Shown here: piece by piece, positions 49,644-61,029 of the stretch
How positions within the stretch are numbered: the first letter of the stretch is position 1
Layout: each line of letters opens with the position of its first letter
Position numbers and translations under genes: made by a program
The notes under the pieces: model-generated
What the model saw: only the letters and a program-made list of their open reading frames with translations
Told to the model about the DNA's origin: nothing
The model's database searches: none
Assembly: GCF_001194135.2 (NCBI RefSeq)
Contig: NC_068982.1
Span: 125,353,940-125,417,939 of the forward strand
Reading direction: 5' to 3'
DNA from: Octopus bimaculoides
Lineage: Eukaryota
DNA length: 64,000 nt

Positions 49644-50752
49644 GGTGATCTTTTCTTCAAAATTATTTGCTATGTTTATGCTTACCTTGAGATTAAATAC
49701 AAGTTTGCACTTGTACTATAAGTAGACATTCCAAACAGGTTTTTCTTTTTTGTGCGTGCATGCTTGTACGTTTATATATATGCATACACACATCTCGCCA
49801 CACACAAAATTAACTACATCTAGGTTCGTCCATAGTCAGATACCTTCCATGAAAAGAAAGAAAAAAAAGAAATAGTGATAATTGTTGTTAATTTAGGCGC
49901 AAGGCCAGCATCTTGAGGGAAGGAATAAATCGATATCCCCAACCCCAATACTTGACCGGGCTTTCTTAAGGGTTCCAATATACCTCAAGTATATTGAGCT
50001 AGTAACAAGTTTATATTTATGTACATCACTCCTTAGTGCTTCTAATCATATTATTTTGTCGATCATAGATGGATAAAAGTTAACGTCAGCGGGATTTGAA
50101 CGTAAAGAACCAGGGGTGATGCTGCAAGACATTTTATCCAATCCGCCAACAATTCTGCCAAAGCGTAAATAACCCTTAGAAGGCATAGTAACAAGAAAAT
50201 ACATAAATAAATATACAATAAAAACGAGGAAAAAAAAAAAACGAAGTGAATTCAAAAACGACTAACGGAGGCCGGTGTCATAAAGTCAAACAGCTACGAA
50301 GCAGTACTGCCATAGGTAAAAATGTTTAAATTAAAAAATTATAAAAAGATAGTGAAGAGAAATGTAATGCAAACCACCTAGGGCTTAGGAAAAAAATTCC
50401 GGTCAGGAAATGATTTTTCTTCAGTAGAATTGTGTTAGTGTAGGAGAGCGATGAAAATTCTGATACTCCAAGAAATAAGTTAAAAATTAAGAGTATTCCC
50501 ACAAATATTTATGTGTGTCGGGGGGGGGGGTATGTTAAATAAAGTGAGATAACCTCATTTTATTTAACATATACGACCCGAATTAGACTCCTCACTCATA
50601 TTATTATGGAACCGGGAGTCTAACAGCGGTCATTCTGTAGTACTTACATAGCCTAACCTGCCTTTTGGGTCTTCTGGATATCAAAACTTCTCATAGACAT
50701 ATATATGTGTGTCTTGTCGAAGGTTTCCTTAAACCAATATGTCTCTCATGCT

Positions 50753-50970
50753 AAAGCGGCGAGCTGGTAGAATCGTTAGCACACCGGACAAAATGCATAG
50801 TCGCATCTTGTCCGTCTTTAGGACCTGAGTCCAAATTCTGCCGAGATCAACTTTGCCTTCCGTCCGTTCGGGATCAATAAAATAAGTTCCAGTTGAGCAC
50901 TGGGGTCGATTTAATCGACTTGCCCTTCTCATGAAATTGCTGGCCTTGTGCCAAAATTTGGAACCAATAT
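50753..50970 (+). mobile_element. SINE family A
   Basis: Head AAAGCGGCGAGCTGGTAGAATCGTTAGC, core, tail GGCCTTGTGCCAAAATTTGGAACC. Confidence 0.88.
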
Positions 50971-51200
50971 CTCTTTCGTGCTAGGAAACTTAGCTTCTTC
51001 TAGAATGATGATGATGATGTTGACAGCTTTTCTAAATAATGCTCATAGCGTCTGGCTCTGGCTTAGATATCTCATCTTGAATGTATGCAAGCTTTACTTT
51101 TGGCTGTGAGCAGTACTGATAGAAGACATGGAAACTTCCATATCTCCGAAACGTACTGAGTACAATTTTACACTTTCTTATGACTGTGTCATAGGGTCCG

Positions 51201-51235
<35 letters not shown>

Positions 51236-52577
51236 NNNNNNNNNNNNNNNNNNNNNNNNNNNNNNNNNNNNNNNNNNNNNNNNNNNNNNNNNNNNNNNNN
51301 NNNNNNNNNNNNNNNNNNNNNNNNNNNNNNNNNNNNNNNNNNNNNNNNNNNNNNNNNNNNNNNNNNNNNNNNNNNNNNNNNNNNNNNNNNNNNNNNNNNN
51401 NNNNNNNNNNNNNNNNNNNNNNNNNNNNNNNNNNNNNNNNNNNNNNNNNNNNNNNNNNNNNNNNNNNNNNNNNNNNNNNNNNNNNNNNNNNNNNNNNNNN
51501 NNNNNNNNNNNNNNNNNNNNNNNNNNNNNNNNNNNNNNNNNNNNNNNNNNNNNNNNNNNNNNNNNNNNNNNNNNNNNNNNNNNNNNNNNNNNNNNNNNNN
51601 NNNNNNNNNNNNNNNNNNNNNNNNNNNNNNNNNNNNNNNNNNNNNNNNNNNNNNNNNNNNNNNNNNNNNNNNNNNNNNNNNNNNNNNNNNNNNNNNNNNN
51701 NNNNNNNNNNNNNNNNNNNNNNNNNNNNNNNNNNNNNNNNNNNNNNNNNNNNNNNNNNNNNNNNNNNNNNNNNNNNNNNNNNNNNNNNNNNNNNNNNNNN
51801 NNNNNNNNNNNNNNNNNNNNNNNNNNNNNNNNNNNNNNNNNNNNNNNNNNNNNNNNNNNNNNNNNNNNNNNNNNNNNNNNNNNNNNNNNNNNNNNNNNNN
51901 NNNNNNNNNNNNNNNNNNNNNNNNNNNNNNNNNNNNNNNNNNNNNNNNNNNNNNNNNNNNNNNNNNNNNNNNNNNNNNNNNNNNNNNNNNNNNNNNNNNN
52001 NNNNNNNNNNNNNNNNNNNNNNNNNNNNNNNNNNNNTATATATATATTATTATTATTATTATCATATGATTGAACGCCACGCATCCATTCCCAGTAAATT
52101 TATCTATCTATCTATATATATCTTATTATTGTATTATGCTTTTGTTGTGATATAGAAACATACAAAATGATGTGTTGCGTCGTTGGCCGTGATCTGCAAA
52201 ACAAATTATATAACTAAATTTAAACTTCTCATTGAAAACCTAAGGCCTTATTCATGTTATTTTATGTGCAAGACATATAACCTATTTTGGAAGCCTACTT
52301 GCCAGGCTAGTGATTGATCTAAACTTAAACATCTAAAACTATTGCAGAATAGAAGACGCATATTAGCCACTCAAAAACGTATATAAACTGTTAACTTCAC
52401 TTAAACATTTATCATTTGGTATTAAACTTTTCGACATACCAACTGCAACCTGGTCACTGACATAATCCTACTGCATGCAGTCTTCTATGCAGCAGTTGTT
52501 AAAGCATCTATGTTTATCTCATAAATTGACAGACACACGTATACACACACTTACATGCATGGGTATATATATATATT

Positions 52578-52943
52578 TGTTCGCCCTTTTAAAGCCTAGC
52601 CAGGCTCATGGGCCCGGTTTCTATGGCGTATGTGTTCATCCTCTACTGGACGGGACGCCAGTCCATCGCAGCTTTACTCAAGAAGCAGGAAGAAAGAGTG
52701 AGAGAAAGTTGGGGCGAAAGAGTACAATTCATTTGTATCCATTAGTTCTCTCTGTTTTCTCACTCGATAATAATGTTTGATATTTTCCATACCTTATGCA
52801 ACTGAGTGAACTGGAGCAACGTAAAATAAAGTATTTTGCTCACGAACACAACGCAAAGCCTATCTGGGAATTGAAACCACGATCTCGCGGTTGTGAGTGC
52901 AACACACACCTTACTACTAGGAAACGCGTCTTCACAAATTTAT
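52578..52943 (-). mobile_element. tRNA-derived SINE, family C (V/Meta-domain-like)
   Basis: rc GGTTTCAATTCCC B box, GCGTTGTGTTCGTGAGCAAAATACTT, and GCGATGGACTGGCGTCCCGTCCAG resembling the V-SINE domain. A related fragment lies at about 44880-45030. Confidence 0.7.
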
Positions 52944-53214
52944 GCTCAAAGAGTCGGACGAAATAGATTTAAGTTCTACTGGGATCAATTTTGCCTTTCC
53001 TTATTTGGCCTCTGCATATCTAAATGTAAATCAAACTCACTTCACATTGCATTCGAGAGCACCGGATCTTTATAATTTTGAATAAATTAAAATTTCGGGA
53101 TTCTCTCTTGATTCTGTCTCCTGCGTCTTTTACAAGAAGTTGTCATTTAGATATTCACTCACTTCCATCGTTAAGGGTGAAATATTAATTAATTACCACA
53201 TCAAGATTAATTTT

Positions 53215-53410
53215 CTCATTTAAGCACAAGGTCAGCAGTTTTGATTGCAGGATTTCAGTCGATGTCATCGACCCTTGTGCTTGACTGATACAATGTTTTA
53301 TCAACCTTGAATGGATAAAAGACAAAACTGACTTAGACAGGATTTGAACTCAGGTGGTAAAGAACCGGAAAAAATACTGCAAAGCATGTTCTCGGACGCT
53401 CTAACAATTC
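53215..53410 (-). mobile_element. SINE family A, old copy
   Basis: Diverged core and GATTTGAACTCAG. Confidence 0.75.
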
Positions 53411-54022
53411 TATTTTACATCAATAGATAATGGTATTCACTTTACTATTACGATTCAATACGATTCAGTTAACAAGCCATTCATTGTTCAGTCACCAAAA
53501 AGCTTATATCTGTAGTCGTTCTACGCTCTGTCAGTCACAATTAGACTATGCTGAACTGAAGAGTTCTGAGACCCGAACACGTAAGCAGACTTATTATTCC
53601 TGCTGTTAAAGATCAGGTTCACCGCCTAATGCACTGTATATTAATTCATTAAGATATCAAGGACGTCTTCCTTGTTTTTGTTTTGCTTGTTTATTTTTTG
53701 ATTTTTCGCAAGAATTAGTCATGTGTTCTCGTCACAAAAAGTGTGATGTGAATTCATTGAAATTTCTTGCCTCATCACATAAAATATATTAGTTCATGAA
53801 CTGGAGGGTAACAATGGAAGGTATATGAAATTGAGAAGAAGAAGAAGAAGAAGAAGAAGAAGAAGAAGAAGAAGAAGAAGAAGAAGAAGAAGAAGAANNN
53901 NNNNNNNNNNNNNNNNNNNNNNNNNNNNNNNNNNNNNNNNNNNNNNNNNNNNNNNNNNNNNNNNNNNNNNNNNNNNNNNNNNNNNNNNNNNNNNNNNNNN
54001 NNNNNNNNNNNNNNNNNNNNNN

Positions 54023-54111
<89 letters not shown>

Positions 54112-54428
54112 GAGAAAGAATGGAATAATGCCACCTTTGACAAAGGAAAGAATAAAAAGATACTGTTGTCAAGAAAAGATTTAATGAACACCAAGATAAA
54201 CTAAGATAAATGCTAAGATAAATATCATACGAAGAAATGGAAAGAGCAGACGACATATCATGTGACGAAGATACAAAGAAAAAGGTTATTGTATTTATCG
54301 GGTATTTGTGTTTTTAGGTTGATGTAATTTTTATAATTCAATTTTGATGTTATTTATTTAAGATATTGAAGAAAAATTTGGGGATAACAGAGAAAAGGTA
54401 ATGTTGGACCCTAAGAGATACCTGAAGT

Positions 54429-54482
<54 letters not shown>

Positions 54483-55384
54483 TTTCTTTCTGTCTGTCTC
54501 TCTCTTATACACACACATACACACACAGACGTACATTCTGCAAGCTAAGTCTCTAAGAGAAACTCGTTGGAGATTTTCATCCTAGACCTTAAGACGACTG
54601 ATGACGTCATGTTCGAAGTCTGCATATATCCATTCTGGGATGGCATCGTGGTGAAACCATCTTGGCGAGGAAATTATCGAATCCACATATTGGTATTAGC
54701 AAATATAAAAAGACGTAAAAATTTCTATAGTTTGTTATTTTCTTTTTCTTCTTTGTTTTTATTTTATTTATCTATTTATTTCTGCAAGTAACGTGATTCT
54801 TGAGAAAAAATATTTTCCATGTAATATTACTATAGCACATTGGAATAAATTTATAAATGTTGGTAATGGTAAACTCCCGTTTACCATTACCAACACGGTC
54901 ACTACTACTATAGCCAACGATTCAAGTCAAAGCACTAGACAACCATTATGTCCCCACACAAAAAACGCTCCCACATGGTCTATGTTGACACCAGTAAGAA
55001 ACAATTATGAACTTTTCTTTTAATTACATTTTTTAAAAAAAATATGTATTTTTGATAAGGTTCGCTTTTTCAAGAACCGAAACATGTAAAATATCTCTGA
55101 GAAAATTATAAATAAAAATTGATTTTATATAGTGGCGTTTTCAAACTTCTTTTATATATANNNNNNNNNNNNNNNNNNNNNNNNNNNNNNNNNNNNNNNN
55201 NNNNNNNNNNNNNNNNNNNNNNNNNNNNNNNNNNNNNNNNNNNNNNNNNNNNNNNNNNNNNNNNNNNNNNTATATATCAAAACAGTTTGATTCAAATTCG
55301 TTGATACTTTTGAGTTTCAAGCGTGATTCTAGTCGTCAGCCATTTTTAATTTGTATGATAGATCGTTGACCAAAGACCATTAAA

Positions 55385-55552
55385 TTTTTTTCTCCGTGTT
55401 TTTCTGCTTGTTTTCTCCGTATTCTTTCTGTTGAAGAGCGTAGCTCGAAACGTTAAAGACTTTCTGTGTTCCCGAGCGTCAAACTAATACATCCTTTTGT
55501 TGTTTACGCCACCTGTCCTCGTCTGTTGTTGTTTTTTTCGTACATTGTCCCA
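55385..55552 (+). mobile_element. Short Penelope-type repeat carrying a hammerhead-like motif, adjacent to (TA)n
   Basis: TCTTT-CTGTTGA-A-GAGC-GTA-GCTC-GAAAC-GTT-AAAGA at 55423-55459. Confidence 0.55.
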
Positions 55553-56049
55553 TATATATATCTATATATATATCATATAAAATAAAAAATATATCTTAAA
55601 TAAAACTTGGGCAGTACACAAGTTGCATAGGATTATATTTCTCCCACCTCTTTCAATTATTAACCTATATTTTCCTTCCCTTTATACAATTATCTTTTCA
55701 TTATGTGTATTTGAGTGTACTTTTGTTAGTGTGTGCGCTCGCGCGCGCGTATATATATTGAATGAGCCTGTGTGTGTCTGCGCGCAAGTTTACGACACAC
55801 CAGAAAAGAATTACTTCTTCACGACACTAAGCTGGCCTGGTTAGATGCGAGTGGTATCAATGCATGTAAAGAACCGGTTGATCCACTCTTAAACACCTGC
55901 AATATAAAACGTGTATTAATATGTAATAGTCAGAATTGAAATATGTGGAAATATATTTCGGTAATGAACAACTATGTTCCAAATATTGACAACTCGAAAG
56001 CGAAGTATGCAACACAACTAGGTTTAGCCACTAAATAACATCAATAATT

Positions 56050-56468
56050 ATATTGGTTTCAATCATGTAATTTGGGGGGAGGGAATACGTCGATTAGATC
56101 AACCACACTACTCAACAGGTACTTATTTTATCAACCCCACAAAGCATGAAAGGCGAAGATGACTTCGGCGAAATTTGAACTCAGAACATAAGGGACGGAC
56201 GAAATGTCGCTAAGAATTTTGCCCGGTGTGCTAACGATTCTGGTAGCTCGCCGCCTTAACATTCTTTCTACTAAAGGCACAAGGCTTGAAATTTGAAGGG
56301 AGGGAATTAGTGGATAAATTAAGTACCCCTGGTACTTAATTTGTCGACCCCGAAAGGATGAAAGGCAATGTCGACTGAGATGGAATTTGTACTTAGAACA
56401 TAAAGACGGACAAATTGCCTCTAAGCATTTTGCCTGGTGTGCTCACGATTGTACCAGCTCGCCGCCTT
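56050..56468 (-). mobile_element. Two head-to-tail SINE family A copies
   Basis: Both heads end ...GCTCGCCGCCTTAACAT (about 56250-56262 and 56460-56473). Confidence 0.85.
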
Positions 56469-56650
56469 AACATCAATGATTATATTAATACATGTTTCTG
56501 TGTGCATTTTCGATAGAGTCACTTTCGGTTTACGCATGCATGAATTGATTCATACATATATGCATTTGGATCGGATTGGATCCAAATGCATATCATTAAT
56601 TCTATAGAAGAACAATTTTTCCAACTTTAGGGTTATAACTACATTATGGC

Positions 56651-56981
56651 TGGCAAAACATTGTACGACATTGGAGTCAACATTGATCGATTTGCAAGAA
56701 AATAAAAATTATTTCTAAAGGAGAAAGAACGCGCTAATGGTCTTCGTGGGCCCTCCGAGATTGATTGAACTAATGCAGTTGATGTTCAAATTGAACGTCT
56801 GTAAGTCAGTGACTATGGTAAAACATTGTACGACATTGGAGTCAACATTGATCGATTTGCAAGAAAATAAAAATTATTTCTTAAGGAGAAAGAACGCGCT
56901 AATGGCCTTCGTGGGCCCTCCGAGATTGATTGAACTAATGCAGTTGATGTTCAAATTGAACGTCTGTAAGTCAGTGACTAT
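56651..56981. repeat. 165-bp tandem duplication, 3 mismatches
   Basis: Unit starts at 56651 and 56816; no N gap between the copies. Confidence 0.92.
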
Positions 56982-57421
56982 AAGTCGGTTGTAAGCATGT
57001 TCCGAGAAATTGTCCTCGTTGAGAATGAAACAGTTTGGAGCACACCTGAAAAGACCGGATTAGGGCTCTTTAACGACAGGAAGACAGAAAAGTTCAATGA
57101 CGATAGAGGAGATCGCAGTGATATACTGCTTGAAAGCAAAGGAAGAGACATTATCAGGGCCGGTAATCTTATTGGTTCAAATTAACAGAATCTGTTTAAA
57201 TATTTACTGTGTCCGTGTACCCGGCATTGATGAGAATAAAAGTTTTTTGTACAGTTTAGGCGAGCCTGTGCATGGCCATGTACTTAATAAGTTCATCATA
57301 TAGTTTCGAATTTAATTGAGTGTGTGGTACTTTGGTGAAGTGTCTTCTAAAAGAGTTTCGGGCAGACCCAAGTCTTGCAGGTGAAATAGAGTAGATGGAG
57401 ATGAGTGGGAACACTTCGTAT

Positions 57422-57510
<89 letters not shown>

Positions 57511-58249
57511 AAACGAAAGGGTTGAAGTGTATGCTGAATGTGGAATCTAGTTCTCAAGCACAGCGTTTGAGGCTAGTGGAAGGATCATAGCAAGGATCGT
57601 TCTCCTTAAGTTTGAGCAACCAGCGAATTTGTCGCATTTTGATGATTGCGTGGAAGTGGTTGTGAAATATACTGAATTAAGAGGAGGTGTTCGAGAAGGG
57701 ATTTATTAGATAAACATTGAACGAAAAGTGGACGGCGAGGATTGTGACTTAATTTACAGGAAAACAATTTAGAGAAACTTATTACTAGATTAGTGTGCTA
57801 ACTCTTTCGTTTTCTTCTAGCTTACTTTCAAACGTTGAGAGATATTTCCACAAGATTTCATTCGTCTAGTAGCTTTAAAATGTATAATTAATCCTACAAG
57901 ACCATCCATTTTCAATCAAACTGTATTATTCAGATTTTTTCTGAAGTAGGTTTCTTAAGTACCAGTCAGTTCTGCTAGACTGTCTTTAGGTGTTGCATCT
58001 GCACGTGTACGTAAGAGTTTGATTTCCACCTCTAGCGCTGACTGTACCACTTTGGCTTCATGTCAGATGCGTTTCAGTTGTTTCATAACTTCAGGATCAA
58101 ATATTCGAGGAGTGCTTCTGTGTTACGTCCGTCCACACATCTATTGCGTCATCTCTGACTTCAATAAACTGGTTGCAAATATTTCTAGAGCCATTACTTT
58201 ATAACAAAAAGCCGAAAACTAACATCCACGAACAAAATGTTTTAGGTAT

Positions 58250-59770
58250 GCTAACACTCCGTTCACTTAATTTTTTGTTTTGGCTGTTATTTACGCTCTA
58301 AAAGATGTGGCAATGCCAACTGAATTCTGTCAACGAGAAGCAACAGGTTTAAAATCTTCAAATCTGTCAGACAACTTGGTGACTGACATGCCGTATAAGG
58401 AATTATGCGAATTTTAGTAATTTTCATCACGTGTGGCTGAAATTTAACAAGTTGTAAACAATTTGAATTCTTTCAAAATATGTCATGGCTTCCATTACGA
58501 ACTTATCTGCATCATTTTCACGCAGATTAAACGTAAGGTAGCCACAGAAAAAAAGGATTTCTATTTGACACAACTCAAGTATTTTCGTTAGGGGCACGGC
58601 TGCTGTGTTGGTATCGTTGCAGCCGCTCAAAGAAATGGCATACTTTTTCAAGGTGTCTATCTTTTATCTTTTACTTGTTTCAGCCATTGGACTGCGATCA
58701 ATACTAGGGCTTTTAGTCGAACAAATCGAGGATTTAATTTGAGGTCTGGTAATTATTCTGTCAGTCTATTTTGCCCAACGTTTAAGTTACGGGAACGTAA
58801 ATAAACCAACACCGGCTGTGAAGCGATAAGAGGGTCAAAACGCAAACATAAACACACACACACACATACCCTGGTATATATGACGTGCTTCCGCACAGTT
58901 TCCGTCTGCTAAATCCACTCACAAGGCATTGGTCGGTCCAGAGTTATAGAAGAAGATATATACCCAAGGTGCAGCAAAGAAGAACTGAACTTGAAACCAC
59001 GTGCTCGCAAAGGGAACTTCTCAAAACGAAGCTGTGCCTACGTAAACTGGACAATATCTTTTCTTAATTTGTTGCTGCAAGTTACAGACTTCAGAAATCA
59101 AATCTGTACGTCCTTTAAATTAACATCCCTTATGAGAAATGTCATTTTTTTCAGCGTAAGAGGAATATGAGAAATATTTTGTAGACTACCATTCCAGCAA
59201 AATCTGTTGCATCACTAAGTTGGCATATTCTGAGAAAAGATATCTCAATTCATGACTCGGAGGGTAGATAGTGAAGGCATTGCTCCCATTTCTTGGAAAT
59301 TAAGATCCCTTCTTGACAGCAGTTCTAGCAGACATAAGAAGAGTGTTTACACTGCAGTTTCGATGTGATGAATCACTTACCATATGTTGCCTTCCCCAAC
59401 AAAAGAACAATATCAACCATTCGCATCAAAGCGTAAAACCATTCAACTGTCTCTACTTCGAATCAAAAGTTAGCACTTTTTTCAGATGAAAGACGTCTTT
59501 GAAGCTCTCTCAAGAGTAATATAGAATTTCTGGTAGCTATTGTTCCTTTCTCAATTTTTGCCATTTTTCATTTGTTGGCCAACCATCAGATGAAGCTATT
59601 GTAAATTTTGAAGGTATCTGATTGCTGTAGGCATGACAATGGAGAGAGAAAGAGGAGGAGGGAGAAAGAGAGTGCGGAAAATGTATCTTTGTTGGGTTCA
59701 TTTGTGAGCATATTAGCTCCTTTTTTAGAGGATCACAAATAGAGGTTTTAAAAGAATTGCTTCTCATTCT
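58250..59770 (-). pseudogene. hAT (Tip100/ZMYM1-like) transposase relic, interrupted by a SINE B
   Basis: Pieces in the expected order: KWQKL, ELQRRLSSEK, EWFYALMRMVDIVLLLGK, HYLP, KYFS......DISHK, then FCGYLTFNLRENDADKFVMEAMTYFERIQIVYNLL (compare the family pattern CGCHSLNLV..DAAK...EA..FF...Q.IYNLF). Confidence 0.75.
58660..59045 (-). mobile_element. SINE family B inserted in the hAT relic
   Basis: TTTTACTTGTTTCAGCCATTGGACTGCG tail; AAATCCACTCACAAGGCATTGGTCGG; head at about 59040. Confidence 0.85.
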
Positions 59771-60536
59771 TCAAAATAGAGGATCCTGGAGAGTCTTCAG
59801 CAAGAAATGTAACTGAATTTCTTTGCATCAATTTAGCAAGAAACTAAGTCCTCTATCAATATTAATGGCGATGAAAAATTTATTTAATGCAGTAAAAATA
59901 GAAAAGACGGAGCCTACTGAAATAACACCAACCAAGAGACATTACTGAGAAAATGTTTTGCATATTTTCTTAGATATAGAATACAGAACCGAGCCTATTG
60001 TAGACTAGGTTGGGTTAAATATGATTACATCAGCTTATTCATGAAAGTAACCAAAAAGTAATTTCTTTATGTTAATTGTTGCTGTAATAACCACCTACAT
60101 TCGAGCGTATCGTGCGGGGTATCTAAAATGTATGAAAAGGCCCTACCTGTTGGTGCTTACTAGAAGTCTGTACTTTAATTAAGTAAGGAAAACTTCTCTA
60201 ATTGTAATAACAGTGAACAAAATTGTAAATCCAAGGAGTGACTGACTAATTATATATTATGTAAATCCAAGGAGTGACTGATTATATCACCCACTTGTTT
60301 CACAAATCCACACTTAAGATTTGTTAACGCCTAATATCACTTTTCTTTCGTTGACAATGTCACATTTTTTTATGCAGCCAAATAGACATATCTTTTTAGA
60401 AATTGAAAAAATAAAATAAAATAAAACTCGAAATCATATGCATAAATTGATATTTTTTTTTAAAAGTAAATTTCAATATTATAATGCCTTACCGTGAAAT
60501 CAGCAAGTACATACTTTCAATGTAGAGAAAAAAGGG

Positions 60537-60596
60537 AGAACACCTCCCGACAGATTGTTTCGCGATTTACTAGCGGCTCCTCAGAGAAGATGTTCC
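60537..60596 (-). ncRNA. Type I hammerhead ribozyme motif
   Basis: Minus strand: GGAACAUCUUCU-CUGAGGA-GCCGCUAGUAAAUCGC-GAAA-CA-AUC-UG-U-C-GGGAGGUGUUCU. All core nucleotides present, GUC triplet, 12-bp stem I, 3-bp stem III. Confidence 0.8.
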
Positions 60597-61029
60597 TATC
60601 TTCCTTCCCAAGTCAATAGCATAGACCAGCTGCTTATAAATTAGGCTAGTGCATAAACCAAATGCGCATATTTGTGCTTTTCGCGGTTTGTTACCACCTA
60701 AGTTGAAATTGTATCCTTCGTATCTTAGACTCGTATGTATTTTTCTTTTTTCTGGGGATAATAACTACACATTTATTGCAAAGCAAAATATTCAATAAAT
60801 TCTATTAATTCCTTTTTGTATTTTGTACAGTATTTTGTAATTTTTTCTGTGTTTCTTTCTTTCTTTATTTTTTTTTTTTTTTCATTTGGATATTTGTGTC
60901 TATGTGTTCTCGTTGCTCTTTTTAACAGATCGAGCGACTGCGTTGAGGTTTCTTCGTTGATTCATTGATTCTACTTAACTTAGGAATTGTAATAGGCTGT
61001 CAAAACTCTGATAAATTAATAACGGAAAC

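Noticed and set aside
53549-53590. CTGAAGA...CGAACACGTA hammerhead-like string
   Set aside because: GAAC instead of GAAA, weak stem II and no stem I adjacent to the core.
1088-54256. Long ORFs containing X runs (e.g. 11390-12371, 35626-36582, 51032-52084)
   Set aside because: They are open only because N codons contain no stops.
59381-59455. Host-gene exon encoding a PH-domain-like helix
   Set aside because: Flanking frames continue as hAT transposase motifs in the correct order, so it is transposon sequence; kept only as an exonisation candidate.
60224-60281. 22-bp direct repeat TGTAAATCCAAGGAGTGACTGA with a 14-bp spacer
   Set aside because: Only two copies; an ordinary local duplication.
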